A stretch of DNA of 64,000 nt from Chloroflexota bacterium (GTDB lineage Bacteria > Chloroflexota > UBA11872), in the NCBI GenBank assembly GCA_965262745.1, contig OZ253558.1, forward strand, positions 1,946,602-2,010,601. The letters run 5' to 3'. Of the stretch, positions 38,988 through 49,297 are shown one piece after another. The position numbers were made by a program, and so were the translations under genes. Within the stretch, counting starts at the first letter, position 1; each line of letters begins with the position of its first letter. The notes beneath the pieces are model-generated. The model saw only the letters and a program-made list of their open reading frames with translations, was not told where the DNA came from and made no database searches.

Positions 38988-39959
38988 ATGGCACAGGGGA
39001 CCCCGCCGGACAAGCAGCTCCCAACCGAGGCGGACATCGGTGACGAGGTGGCAGCGGCGCAGCGACGCGCAGAGACAGTCGAGTTCCTCGACCTTCCGCC
39101 CGAGCTTTCACCCTGGACCCGCGCGCGGCGGCGGTTCATGTCGCACAAGCTGGCCGTCCTCGGGCTCGCCATTCTGCTGAATATGGCGTTGATCGCGATT
39201 TTTGCGGAAGTCGTGGCTCCATACGACCCGACGCGGAACCACCTGCACAAACTGCTGGCGGGGCCAGATTCCCTGAATTGGCTGGGGACCGACCGCTCCG
39301 GTCGCGACACCTTCAGTCGGGTGGTGTACGGGGCCCGCGTCTCGCTCTCCGTGGGCGTTGTGGCGGTGTCGATTTACTTAGCGATCGCGTTTGCCGTTGG
39401 GGCAACCGCCGGACTGACGGGCGGTCACGTCGACAACATCCTGATGCGTTTCACGGATCTCATCATGACCTTTCCCTCATTCATTCTCATAGTCATCATG
39501 GCCGGGATCCTCGGACCGAGCATTATCAACGTGATGGTGATCATCGGGATTTTCGGCTGGCCGGGACTCGCGCGTTTGATTCGCGGTCAGATTTTGGTCC
39601 AGCGAGAATTGGACTTCGTCATCGCATCGCAGGCACTGGGCGGCAGCCTGCGGCACATCATCCGGCGCCACGTGCTGCCCAACGTCATCGGTCCAGTGTC
39701 GGTGGCGGTCACGCTCGGCGTCGCCGGGGCGATTCTGGCGGAAGCCGGGCTGAGCTTCCTGGGCCTCGGCATCTCGGAGCCCGCGGCAAGCTGGGGAACG
39801 ATGATCAGCAACGCTCGCGGGATCGCGTTCATCGATGCCGCGCCGGCCCTATGGCTGTCGCCCGGGCTCTCGATCGTCTTGGCCGTGCTGGCGATCTACT
39901 TCGTTGGGGACGGGTTGCGCGACGCGTTCGACGTGCGGGGAAGCGGGTCCGGCAACTAG
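38988..39959 (+). CDS. Peptide/nickel ABC transporter permease (DppC-like)
   Basis: WLGTDRSGRD, YGARVSL, ARLIRGQ, HVLPN, EAGLSFLGLG, GDGLRDAFD. Confidence 0.93.
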   Translation: MAQGTPPDKQLPTEADIGDEVAAAQRRAETVEFLDLPPELSPWTRARRRFMSHKLAVLGLAILLNMALIAIFAEVVAPYDPTRNHLHKLLAGPDSLNWLGTDRSGRDTFSRVVYGARVSLSVGVVAVSIYLAIAFAVGATAGLTGGHVDNILMRFTDLIMTFPSFILIVIMAGILGPSIINVMVIIGIFGWPGLARLIRGQILVQRELDFVIASQALGGSLRHIIRRHVLPNVIGPVSVAVTLGVAGAILAEAGLSFLGLGISEPAASWGTMISNARGIAFIDAAPALWLSPGLSIVLAVLAIYFVGDGLRDAFDVRGSGSGN

Positions 39960-40072
39960 CGAGGCCGCCGCGCGAGGGCCAACGTCTCGCGCACCACCGA
40001 TCACCGTCACACCCTGGCTCCGGTCGGTATGGACTTCAGCCTCCCTGGTAGTTCTGACATAGAGCGCCCGGC

Positions 40073-40096
40073 GGGCGGTTCGCGAACCGCCCCTAC
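40073..40096 (-). repeat. GTAG-family REP-like palindrome
   Basis: Minus strand GTAGGGGCGGTTCGCGAACCGCCC. Confidence 0.6.
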
Positions 40097-40235
40097 CAAA
40101 CCCCTACGGCCGCACACTCAACCGTGGGGGAGCCGGCCGCAGACTGGAACCGGGAACGGAACCCAAGTGCGCGACCGGGGACACCAGGGAACGCCGGCCA
40201 GTGTTCCACGAGCCTTTGGGCGTGAGCGCTTAAGC

Positions 40236-40273
40236 CACCGAGGCGGCGGGGATTTCTCCCCGCCGCCTCGGTG
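40236..40273. terminator. 17-bp perfect hairpin between convergent genes
   Basis: CACCGAGGCGGCGGGGA-TTTC-TCCCCGCCGCCTCGGTG, about 40 nt downstream of the SBP stop; no clear U-tract. Confidence 0.65.
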
Positions 40274-40315
40274 CATCGGCGTCGAGCCGGCCCGCCTGCC
40301 GGCTCGATCTGAGGA

Positions 40316-42250
40316 CTACCCGCTGAAGTCCTTGCCATCCCAGCGCGGGTCGATCCAGGTCCGCTCGACGGGCGACCGCACCGGCTGCACGTAGGTCTGC
40401 TGCCAGAGCGGCCCCTGCATGCGGCGGTGGTAGATGTTGCGCACAGTGCCGTAGTCGACCGGCCCGGCCACCATGGTGCCGCGGGCGTGGATGTACTTGG
40501 CGATCTCGAACCACGCTTCCTGGAGCTCCGCCACATCCGAAATCTTCTGCGCCTTCTCGTACATCGCGTCGATGACCGGGTCGCAGATGTCGGCGGCGTT
40601 GAAGCCGGCCTGGCTGTAGTACCAGCCGCACCGCATGCGCTGCCAGCCGTCTTCCAAGGTGTTGAAGCCGCCGAAGTTGTGCATGCTGAGGTCCCAGTTG
40701 CGGCTCTCGTAGAGCTCCTCGACAACGGCCGCCACGTCGATCCGCAGGAACTGCACGTCGAGGCCAACATCCGCGTAGTACTCCTGGAACGCCAGGGCGC
40801 GCGGCCCCGGGTCGCCCCACGTGATCCAGCGAATGGTCTGGCTGGTGTCGAAGCCCGACTCCGCGATGAGCGCACGAGCCCCTTCCGGATCGTAGGGCAG
40901 CTCGCGGTAGGTGCCGGGCGGCGGATCGGCGATCAGCCCCACATGCGCCCAGACGTAGTCGGTCTTGAAGCGCGTGCCGCGGTCGAGCGTCGCGTTGACC
41001 GTATCGCGGTCGAGCGCCAACACCATGGCTTCCACGAGCAGCGAGATGTTCGTGTCCTTGAAGATCTCGGACCCCCGCTGCAGCCAGATGACGCTGCCGA
41101 ACGGCGAGCGCTGGGGAAAGGCCTGCAGGTGCGGTTGATCACCCAAGCGCACGAACGACTCCACGGTGCCCGCACGGATGTGGTCCAACTCGCCGGCCTC
41201 GGTGGCCGCGTCGTTCGCGTCGCGGTCTCCGTAGCGGATGATGTAGCGGTCGATGTAGGGCGCCCCATACGCAAAGTCGTCGTTGGCTTCCAGTTCCCAG
41301 AACTGGCCCTCGACGTAGCGCACGGCCTTCAAGGCCCCGTTCCCGACGGGCGCTGAGGCCAGTGCGTGACCCTCGAAGGCCGTGGCGGGGTCAATGTCTT
41401 TGTAGAGGTGCTTCGGGTACGGCGGGAGGTGGACGGAGCGGTCCTTGAGCGGTCGCCCCCACCAGCCCGGGTTTGGATTCTCGAGCGAAACCCGCACCGT
41501 CTTGTCATCGATCTTGACCACCCCGCCGGAGTCCTCCACGTTGTCGGTGGGGTTCTCGGCCCAGGCCTGTGAGCCCTGGATGTTGATGTACGTGATGTCG
41601 GCGAACTTCGCGCCATAGGCCGGGTCGATGGCCATCTGGTAGCTCCACACCACGTCGTCCGCCACCACCGGGGCCCCATCGTGCCAGTTGAGATCGGGAT
41701 GGAGGTGAAAGTCGTAGACGCGGGAGGGCTCGATCTCATCCCAGCTTTGCGCCGCGCCCTGGCCCCAGCCGCCGGGCAGTGCCGGCAACCGCCCATCGCC
41801 CCACTGGTCGCCGTACCACAGTTGCAGCCAGACGTAGTCGTTGATGAAGTGATGCTCGCTGCCCCACTGCGCATAGGGATTCCAGAAGCGCGTCGACGGG
41901 GTGCCCGCCCCAACCGTGATCGTGCCGCCGCTGACGGGGCCCGTCATCTCCTGTTCCATGGCGGGCGCCGCCGTGACCATGACTTCCTTGATCACTTCCT
42001 TGGTCACGACCCGCTCGACCACGACTTCCTTGATCACTTCCTTGGTGACCACGGTCTCGACCGGGACTTCCTTGATCACTTCCTTCGTCACGACCCGCTC
42101 GACCGGGACTTCCTTGATCACTTCCTTCGTCACGACCTGCGTTTCACCGCATGCCGCGAGCACGGCCGCGCCGGCGGCCCCGAAGAGCCCGGCAGCCGCG
42201 CCCTGCAGAAGTCGCCGCCGCGACACCGCCGTATGCATCCCACGCTTCAT
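40316..42250 (-). CDS. Family 5 ABC substrate-binding lipoprotein with Tat signal
   Basis: SRRRLLQG twin-arginine signal, LAAC lipobox, WHDGAPVVADDVVWS, PVGNGA, YDPEGARALI. Confidence 0.88.
   Translation of the reverse strand: MKRGMHTAVSRRRLLQGAAAGLFGAAGAAVLAACGETQVVTKEVIKEVPVERVVTKEVIKEVPVETVVTKEVIKEVVVERVVTKEVIKEVMVTAAPAMEQEMTGPVSGGTITVGAGTPSTRFWNPYAQWGSEHHFINDYVWLQLWYGDQWGDGRLPALPGGWGQGAAQSWDEIEPSRVYDFHLHPDLNWHDGAPVVADDVVWSYQMAIDPAYGAKFADITYINIQGSQAWAENPTDNVEDSGGVVKIDDKTVRVSLENPNPGWWGRPLKDRSVHLPPYPKHLYKDIDPATAFEGHALASAPVGNGALKAVRYVEGQFWELEANDDFAYGAPYIDRYIIRYGDRDANDAATEAGELDHIRAGTVESFVRLGDQPHLQAFPQRSPFGSVIWLQRGSEIFKDTNISLLVEAMVLALDRDTVNATLDRGTRFKTDYVWAHVGLIADPPPGTYRELPYDPEGARALIAESGFDTSQTIRWITWGDPGPRALAFQEYYADVGLDVQFLRIDVAAVVEELYESRNWDLSMHNFGGFNTLEDGWQRMRCGWYYSQAGFNAADICDPVIDAMYEKAQKISDVAELQEAWFEIAKYIHARGTMVAGPVDYGTVRNIYHRRMQGPLWQQTYVQPVRSPVERTWIDPRWDGKDFSG
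41980..42136 (-). repeat. 42-bp coding tandem repeat (VVTKEVIKEVPVE[RT]), about 4 units
   Basis: Repeated ACTTCCTTGATCACTTCCTT core on the plus strand, 42 bp apart. Confidence 0.9.
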
Positions 42251-42386
42251 GACGCACCCCCCACACCTTGCCGGACCCATGGCAGGCAAACATCCGCTGC
42301 CTGCAGATCAAGCATTGATTCCAGAAGTTTAGCACCCGGAGTATCTTGGCGCGCATGCGGCGGTCGTCCAGCTCGTTAGCGCTGCG

Positions 42387-43187
42387 TCAGGACCAGCGGC
42401 GCTCCGGCGGGTCGAATACAAAGCCGTGGAACAGCGCGCGGCGCTCTGGAGATAGACCGGCGTAGAAGGCCTTGGAGTAGCTCCAGTGCTCGGGGTTGCC
42501 TAGCATGAAGCCATGCTCGTAGGCGTAGTACAGCATGATGCGGAGTCCATTCGGATCGGTGCAGGGTCCGCGCGTGTGCCAGACGGCGTTGTGGAACATA
42601 ACAGCCGTCCCCGGCGGCCCGCAGACCTGGATGGCGCCGGGCATGGTGTCGTAGCCCGCGCGCTGCTCCGGCGACGGCTCAGCGTCGCCGCGATGCGAGC
42701 CGGGCACGAGCATTAGATTGCCCCGTCCCGGTTCGCGCATGTCCGATAGGTAGTAGCCGACTTTGAGCTGCATCATCGGCGTGGGCCGCGCGAGCACGCG
42801 CAGGTAACCGCCATCGGGGTGCCACTGCGGCGGGCGGTCTGAGGCCCCGACCTCCCAGATGGCGTCGGACGCGTGGAAATGCGGATTTCGGATGAGGAAG
42901 GCGTGCGCATAGGGCATGAGGGGCGCGTAGTCGATGAGATCGAGCAATGCCGGATCGTCCTCGAGGATGTGGAAGATTCGCGTGTTCGGCCCCTCAACGT
43001 CGGTGACTCCATTGGTCGGCGTCTGCGCCGCGGCCAGGCGACGGCGACGCTCCATGACGCGCTCGAGCCGCTCGGCGAGCAGGGCCACGTGGTCGGGCGC
43101 GAGGAATCCCGGAAGCACCAAGTACCCGCTGGTCTGAAACGCATATATCTCGTCGGGCGTCGGGCGGGCAGAGTTGTCGGTGGTCAT
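42387..43187 (-). CDS. Phytanoyl-CoA dioxygenase (PhyH) family Fe/2OG oxygenase
   Basis: GYLVLPGFL, WHPD, GNLMLVPGSH, FHNAVWH, distal Arg. Confidence 0.9.
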   Translation of the reverse strand: MTTDNSARPTPDEIYAFQTSGYLVLPGFLAPDHVALLAERLERVMERRRRLAAAQTPTNGVTDVEGPNTRIFHILEDDPALLDLIDYAPLMPYAHAFLIRNPHFHASDAIWEVGASDRPPQWHPDGGYLRVLARPTPMMQLKVGYYLSDMREPGRGNLMLVPGSHRGDAEPSPEQRAGYDTMPGAIQVCGPPGTAVMFHNAVWHTRGPCTDPNGLRIMLYYAYEHGFMLGNPEHWSYSKAFYAGLSPERRALFHGFVFDPPERRWS

Positions 43188-43210
43188 GCGCCGCTTATCC
43201 GGTGGCTCGC

Positions 43211-44161
43211 CTACGTCTCATCGGAATCGCTCAGCGCCGCTTCGATGGCCTCCAGCTCGTCGGGACCCATCGCCCAGCCCACGGACGCCACGTTCTGGCG
43301 CACGTGCCCGGGCCGGGAGGCGCCGGCGATCACCGATGCGATGACCGGTTGCCGGGCGAGCCAGCTCATGGCCAACTCAAGCAAGGTGCGGCCGTGCGCG
43401 TCCGCCACGGAGCGCAGCCGCTCCGTTCGGGCGACGTTGCTTGGCGTGCGCCAGCGATCGGCCTGGGAGCCCTCGGCCAGCCGCGCGCCAGCCGGCGGAG
43501 TCACGCCGGGTCGGTATTTACCGCTGAGCAGCCCGCTGGCGAGCGGGAAATATGGGAGCAGCGACAAGCCAAAGGCCTCGCATGCCGGGATGACTTCAGA
43601 TTCCACGCTTCGGTCGAGGAGGCTGTATTGGTTTTGCGCGGACAGGAACGGGGTGACGTTGGCGCGCTCGGCGGCGGCAGCGGCGGCGGCGATCTGCCAG
43701 CCGGCAAAGTTCGAATGCCCGATGTATCGCACCTTGCCCTGGCGGACAAGGAGATCGAGCGCCGAGATTGTCTCCTCGATGGGCGTATTGGGGTCCGGCC
43801 GGTGCATCTGATAGAGGTCGATGTAGTCCGTTCGCAGGCGGCGGAGGCTGTCCTCAACGGCCTGCATGATGTGCCGACGCGAGCCGCCGCGTTGCATGGG
43901 ACCATCGCCCATCGCCGAGGCAAACTTGGTGGCGACGACCGCGTCGTCACGGCAGCCTTTGAGGGCGGAACCCAGAAACTTCTCCGAGCGGCCGTTCTGG
44001 CCGTAGCTGTTGCTCGTGTCGAACAGCGTGATGCCCACGTCCAACGCGGCGTGGACGACGGCGCGCGTCTGCTTGCGGTCGCAGGGGCCGCCGAACTGAT
44101 TGCAGCCCACGCCCACCACTGATACTTCCAAGCCGGATCGGCCGAGCCTCCGGTAGTCCAT
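43211..44161 (-). CDS. Aldo/keto reductase
   Basis: LGRSGLEVS, FDTSNSY, ATKF, SLRRLRTDYIDLYQMH, GKVRYIG, PLASGLLSGKY. Confidence 0.95.
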   Translation of the reverse strand: MDYRRLGRSGLEVSVVGVGCNQFGGPCDRKQTRAVVHAALDVGITLFDTSNSYGQNGRSEKFLGSALKGCRDDAVVATKFASAMGDGPMQRGGSRRHIMQAVEDSLRRLRTDYIDLYQMHRPDPNTPIEETISALDLLVRQGKVRYIGHSNFAGWQIAAAAAAAERANVTPFLSAQNQYSLLDRSVESEVIPACEAFGLSLLPYFPLASGLLSGKYRPGVTPPAGARLAEGSQADRWRTPSNVARTERLRSVADAHGRTLLELAMSWLARQPVIASVIAGASRPGHVRQNVASVGWAMGPDELEAIEAALSDSDET

Positions 44162-44319
44162 CGGCATCTCCAAGCAGCAGCGGATAGCCCGTATGGCGGG
44201 CAAGTATAGGAAGGCCGCACCGGCGGTCGCATTGGGAACGGCTCTACACCGATTCGCCCGATCCGGGCATCATGGGCCATAGCAGCCGGGGCTCCGGCCC
44301 TGAAAAGCGAGTGAACGGC

Positions 44320-45417
44320 ATGCCTGCGAAATACCGCGTCGGAATCATCGGGACGGGCCGCAGCGGCGGATTGATCGAAGACGAGCTGCCGGTGGGCGAC
44401 CGCCGCAAGCCCTACGGGCACTACAGCGCGTACGAGGCGATCACCGAAACCGAGGTGGTGGCCGTGGCAAATCGCGGCGCCGAACGGCTGCGGCGATTCA
44501 GCGAGCGCTTCGGCGTGACGAACACGTACCTCGACTACCGGGAGATGATCGACACCGAGCAACTGGATATCGTCAGCGTGACGACGCCCTCGTTCGCCCG
44601 CGCCGAGCCGCTGATCTATGCCGCCGAGCACGGCGTGCGGGGCATCTACAGCGAAAAGGGGCTGTGCGCCTCACTGGCCGAGGCCGACCGGATCCACCGC
44701 GCCTGCACGGCCAACGGCGTGGCGTTCAACTGGGGGGCGATGCGGCGCCATGACTCGGTGTACACGACCATGCGGGATGCCATCGCCGCCGGTGAGGTCG
44801 GCGCACCCCAATTTGTCGTCGTCTACGGCTACACGGACATCATCAAACACCACCCGCACACGCTGGATACGGCCTCGATGTTCCTGGGCGACCCGCCGCC
44901 CGTATGGGTGGAAGGCCGCCTGATCGATCCCGGCGATCCCTTCGACCCCGCGCCGCGGCGTCCGCCGCCCAGCTACGATCCGGCGGGACATCGGTATGTC
45001 CCGGTGGCGGGCGAGGAAATAGCCGACCCGATGGTCGGGTTCTTCCGGGTCGGGTACGCGACCGGCGTGGAAGGATATTTCATCCCCCGCCGGGGCCAGT
45101 GGGACATCGAGGTGCACGGCGATGAAGGACGGGCCGTGGTGTGGGATAACGGAGATCACGCCTCGGTGCGCCTGATCAGCGGCGAATACGCCGACGTGCG
45201 GGAGCACACGATTCGAGGGATCGCCGAGAGCCCCGCGGTGCTCACGATCCGCAGCATCATCCGGGAGTTGGAGACCGGCGAGCGCACGACTGGGAACATC
45301 GACGTCACCATGCAGTCGGTCGAAGCGCAGTTTGGCATCGCGCATTCGCATCTCAACGGCGGCGCGCGCGTGTCCCTGCCCGTGGCCGACCGCACGCTTT
45401 ACATCCCGGGAGGTTAG
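44320..45417 (+). CDS. Gfo/Idh/MocA family oxidoreductase
   Basis: VGIIGTG, YLDYREM, LDIVSVTTP, SEKG (EKP-like), HTLD. Confidence 0.85.
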   Translation: MPAKYRVGIIGTGRSGGLIEDELPVGDRRKPYGHYSAYEAITETEVVAVANRGAERLRRFSERFGVTNTYLDYREMIDTEQLDIVSVTTPSFARAEPLIYAAEHGVRGIYSEKGLCASLAEADRIHRACTANGVAFNWGAMRRHDSVYTTMRDAIAAGEVGAPQFVVVYGYTDIIKHHPHTLDTASMFLGDPPPVWVEGRLIDPGDPFDPAPRRPPPSYDPAGHRYVPVAGEEIADPMVGFFRVGYATGVEGYFIPRRGQWDIEVHGDEGRAVVWDNGDHASVRLISGEYADVREHTIRGIAESPAVLTIRSIIRELETGERTTGNIDVTMQSVEAQFGIAHSHLNGGARVSLPVADRTLYIPGG

Positions 45418-46466
45418 ACGCCGCCTAAGTCGCCGACGTTGAGCCGCGTCCAGCGCAGGCGCTCGTAGGTCATTTCGTCGCCACACTCGTAGATCAGGCC
45501 CACGGCGCCGTCACCCAGGTCGCAGAGGTCCGAGTAGGCGGCGGGTCCGGGGTGCACGACGCGGCCGGATGACCAGGTGCGCCCGCCGTCGTCGCTGCGC
45601 CGCACGGTGAGCCGCTCTCGCGCCTGGCTGGCGGCGTTGGCGAACACGAGCGGCGCACCGGGGCCGCCCGCGCGCACGGCCGAGGCCTGGCAGTGGGGGT
45701 CCACGAGGTCGTCGTGCCAGCCGTCCTCGGCGAACAACTCCCCTCCATCAACGCTGCGGGCGTACCGGCGGCGGTAGAGCGGCTGCTCATCGCGCCGGTC
45801 GCAGCGCCGGTTCAGGTAGAGGCTGCCGTCATCCAACTCGACGGCTACGCACTCGTTCGTGCCGTCGCCGGTCGCCGCGCCGATGCGCCAGGTGATGCCG
45901 CCGTCGTCACTGAGCAGTAGGTGCGAACGGCACGAGTCGACGTAGCGCTGATACTGCCGGCCGACGCCGTGATCGCAGGGGATGACGAGACGTCCGCTGC
46001 GCAGCTGCACGCCATGACACGGCCCGGTGGCGTACCAGGTCCAGTCGGGCCGTTTGACCGCGCTCGTGATCTCGCGGGGAGCAGCCCAGGTCTTGCCGTC
46101 GTCGTCACTGTGGGTCAGCCAGACCGTGCGCTCGGCCTTGTCCTGCCAGACGAGGTCCTCGGGGCCGTCGTGGGGATTGCGGCAGAAGAGCAGCGTGATT
46201 CGCCCACTGTCGCGGTCGACCACCGGGGCCGGGTTGCCCGCCACGTCGCCGCCGCCCGCGACCACGACGCGCAACGCGTCGAACTCTGGAGCGCCGCGCT
46301 CGCGCCGCCGCAAGACGGTATCGATATCACCGGTGTCGGCGCGATCACGGCGGCGCCCCTCGGCAAAGGCCAGCACCGTGCCGGCCGTGGAGACCGCCAG
46401 CGCCGGGATGCGGAACGTGTGATAGCCGTGCCGCCCGGAAACAAACAGGTCTTGGATCTCATCCAT
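45414..46466 (-). CDS. Sialidase (GH33-like)
   Basis: FRIP, FAEGR, Asp boxes SDDDGKTW, SDDGGITW, SDDGGRTW; TNEC, AYSD, IYE. Confidence 0.9.
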   Translation of the reverse strand: MDEIQDLFVSGRHGYHTFRIPALAVSTAGTVLAFAEGRRRDRADTGDIDTVLRRRERGAPEFDALRVVVAGGGDVAGNPAPVVDRDSGRITLLFCRNPHDGPEDLVWQDKAERTVWLTHSDDDGKTWAAPREITSAVKRPDWTWYATGPCHGVQLRSGRLVIPCDHGVGRQYQRYVDSCRSHLLLSDDGGITWRIGAATGDGTNECVAVELDDGSLYLNRRCDRRDEQPLYRRRYARSVDGGELFAEDGWHDDLVDPHCQASAVRAGGPGAPLVFANAASQARERLTVRRSDDGGRTWSSGRVVHPGPAAYSDLCDLGDGAVGLIYECGDEMTYERLRWTRLNVGDLGGV

Positions 46467-46653
46467 GACGTCGCCTCGACTCCAGCGTCAGCCCGCGCGC
46501 GGCCAGCATAGAGCGTGAACCATTCATCCCGAGATGTCTCCCGGGCGCGCGCGGCTCAAGACCCACGCACTGGGAAACGCGCGACAATGCTTGCGGCTCA
46601 ACGCCGACCCACCCCGGACTGACGTGCGATCCCACGCGCGCAGGAGGATTTCC

Positions 46654-48261
46654 GTGTTGCTACTCGAGCGGAAAACGTTTGGCGAGTCGATCGACAGCGT
46701 GGCGCTGCTGCCCGACGGCCGCCTCTGCAGCTGGACCACAGAAGGCCCCGGCTTCTACATCGCGCTCGAGACCGGGATCTTTCACGACCCGTGGGCGCGG
46801 CAGCATCTCATCATCCGCTACGGGACCTTCGCCGAGGGCAAGGTCGCCTGGGATGAGCCGCAGTGTGTGATGGAGCTTCCCATTGGCTTCGGCTATTGGG
46901 GCAGCGGCCCGATGCTGGTGGACCGCGACGGCGCCATCCACCTCTTTGGCATGCGCGTCCTCATATGGCCCGAGGACATCGAGCGTCCAGGACGCGACGA
47001 GCTGCGGTGCGATGTCTATCACGTCGTTTCCCGCGACGGCGGCGCCAGCTGGGAAGGGCCGCAGCGCATTGACTACGGCCACCCCTATACCGGAGCCCTG
47101 CGCCAGGCGGCCCAGATCGACAGCGGCCGGATATTGCTGCCGCTGGAGTACTACGACTGGGACCAGACGGAGGGCATGTATTGCTGCAAGACCTGCTATT
47201 CGGACGACGGCGGGCGCACCTGGCGCAACGACTCGACCGACCTGCACGTGGCCTCGGGAGGACGGCACAGCCATTCCGGCGCCAACGAGCCCACGCTGAC
47301 CCAACTGGGCGACGGGCGCATCTACAAGATCATCCGCACCCCGGGCCGGTGGCAGTACGAGTCGTACTCGGACGATGGCCGGACCTGGTCGGAGCCTCAG
47401 CGCAGCCGGTTCAAGGCACCCAACTCGCCGGGCTACCTCTTGCGCCTGCGCGACGGACGCCTGCTGTTTACCTGGAACAACACCCAGGGACCGCCGCTCG
47501 GCGGCGAGCACAAGGAGGTCTACTGCTCACGGCACGTGCTGAACGCCGCGGTCTCACACGACGACGGCCGCACCTGGCATGGCTACCGGGAGTACGCCCG
47601 GCAGGCCCTGCCGGAGCTGCTCAACGATCAGGTCAGCTATCCGCGCATGCTGGAACTGCCCGACGGTCGCGTGCTGATGATGTTCAACCACATCACCGAC
47701 GCCTGGATGCACGTGGTCTTGGACTACGTGATCCTGGATCCCGACCGGCTGGACGAGACCGAGAACCATGACGACTTCGAGCACGGCCTGGATGGGTGGT
47801 CGACGAACGGCACCGCGGGCGCATCAGTGGTGGCTGCGGACGGTGGGCGCGTCCTGCGCCTGCGCCACACCGGCGAGTTGCCGCTGGGCGCCGCGCGAAA
47901 TTTCCCCATCGGCGACCGCGGCGCGGTGTCCTTCGAGATCCGCCGTGATGAGGGGGCCGCCGGTATCGACGTGGTACTCGACGAGACCTTCTGGCGGCCG
48001 GACGACCGGCGTCCTGATGCGGCGGTCGAGCTCGCGCTGGACGCGGGGGCGCTGCCTGCCGGCGCCTGGACGCCCGTGGCCGTCCGCTGGGACATCGCCG
48101 CAGGGACAGCGACCGCGGCAGTGGGCGAAAGCGAGCGCACCGTTCCTATCCGGGACGGTCGTTTGGGCTTGAGCTACCTGACGCTGTACGGGTGCGCGAC
48201 CGCTGCCGAAGGGGGCGCGACCGACGTGCGCCGGCTGCGCGTGCAGGTGGAGAACACCTGA
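46654..48261 (+). CDS. BNR/Asp-box beta-propeller protein (sialidase-like) with C-terminal beta domain
   Basis: Four Asp boxes (SRDGGASW, SDDGGRTW, SDDGRTW, SHDDGRTW), NEP, SYP; AGGAGG before GTG 46654. Confidence 0.8.
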   Translation: MLLLERKTFGESIDSVALLPDGRLCSWTTEGPGFYIALETGIFHDPWARQHLIIRYGTFAEGKVAWDEPQCVMELPIGFGYWGSGPMLVDRDGAIHLFGMRVLIWPEDIERPGRDELRCDVYHVVSRDGGASWEGPQRIDYGHPYTGALRQAAQIDSGRILLPLEYYDWDQTEGMYCCKTCYSDDGGRTWRNDSTDLHVASGGRHSHSGANEPTLTQLGDGRIYKIIRTPGRWQYESYSDDGRTWSEPQRSRFKAPNSPGYLLRLRDGRLLFTWNNTQGPPLGGEHKEVYCSRHVLNAAVSHDDGRTWHGYREYARQALPELLNDQVSYPRMLELPDGRVLMMFNHITDAWMHVVLDYVILDPDRLDETENHDDFEHGLDGWSTNGTAGASVVAADGGRVLRLRHTGELPLGAARNFPIGDRGAVSFEIRRDEGAAGIDVVLDETFWRPDDRRPDAAVELALDAGALPAGAWTPVAVRWDIAAGTATAAVGESERTVPIRDGRLGLSYLTLYGCATAAEGGATDVRRLRVQVENT

Positions 48262-48291
48262 GACGGCCGCCGAACCCCGAGTGCATGGCCG

Positions 48292-49167
48292 TCAGGCGAT
48301 GGTGAGGTCGACCCAGAGTCCCCAGTGATCGGATGCGAACAGGCCGTCGGTGCGATGCCGGGTGCCGAAGCGTCCAGCGTCAGCGATGCGGATTGACGCG
48401 GGCTCGGGACGGTGGACGAGGGCGTAGTCGATGCGGATTGGCTGAGCCTCAGGATGGTGAACCCACCCGGGACGCCCGGAGTCCAGCGCCTCCTGGTTGA
48501 ACATCGCCGAGCTTGTGGGCCATGTGGGAGGCGCGGTGGAAAGTGAAGGTACCGACTCAAGTCCCGCGGCCTGCATAAGACGGAATAGCCGCGCGCTGTG
48601 CGACTGCAGATTCAAGTCGCCGATCAGTAACAGCAGCTCGGACTCGCCGGCCAGCGGGGGCAGCGCCTCGGCCAGCGAATGCACGGCAACGTCCTGGGGC
48701 GCGGGCAACGATGACGCTGGCAGGTGCGTGGTCGCCACCGTGGCGCGGAATCCATCAATCTCCCACCGCGTCGTGAGCAGCCAGGGCTCGTGAAAGCCCA
48801 GGTCGGGGACGAATTCGCGGTCGGCCAGCAGCAGCCGCGATGTCCTGACCGGCGAGACGCGCGACAGAAGGGCCGGTCCCATCCGTGCGGTTGGGTGCGC
48901 CGTCGGGGCATCGATCCACTCGATGAGCGGAATGCCGGTATCGCCGGCGACCTGCTCCGGCGTGGATTGGCCGGCCTCCCATGGGCTGCGGGCCGCGCGC
49001 GCTTCGTGGAGGAAGACGACGTCCGGCGCAAGGTCAGCGAGCTCCGCGGCGACGAGCGGGCGCCGGCGCTCCCACTCCCACGAGAAGCCCCAGATATTCC
49101 ACATCGCGATGCGCAATCCGTGCCGCGGGCGACCTTGGGATCCCTGCCGCACGCTAGAACCTGTCAC
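48292..49167 (-). CDS. Endonuclease/exonuclease/phosphatase family protein
   Basis: MWNI, PDVVFLHE, TTHL, GDLN, RIDY, ASDH. Confidence 0.9.
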   Translation of the reverse strand: MTGSSVRQGSQGRPRHGLRIAMWNIWGFSWEWERRRPLVAAELADLAPDVVFLHEARAARSPWEAGQSTPEQVAGDTGIPLIEWIDAPTAHPTARMGPALLSRVSPVRTSRLLLADREFVPDLGFHEPWLLTTRWEIDGFRATVATTHLPASSLPAPQDVAVHSLAEALPPLAGESELLLLIGDLNLQSHSARLFRLMQAAGLESVPSLSTAPPTWPTSSAMFNQEALDSGRPGWVHHPEAQPIRIDYALVHRPEPASIRIADAGRFGTRHRTDGLFASDHWGLWVDLTIA

Positions 49168-49297
49168 CCAAACCGGCCTGTCCCATGGGGCCCGGAATCA
49201 CCAACGGGCCGGGGCAATCATGACGCGGGGAAGTCTCCCCTATCGTGACCCACCCTGCGCGAAGCCTGGGGAGCTCGAACCGACGGACGGCGCTTGG

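Noticed and set aside
41980-42136. Possible mini-CRISPR or iteron array
   Set aside because: In-frame coding repeat with no unique spacers
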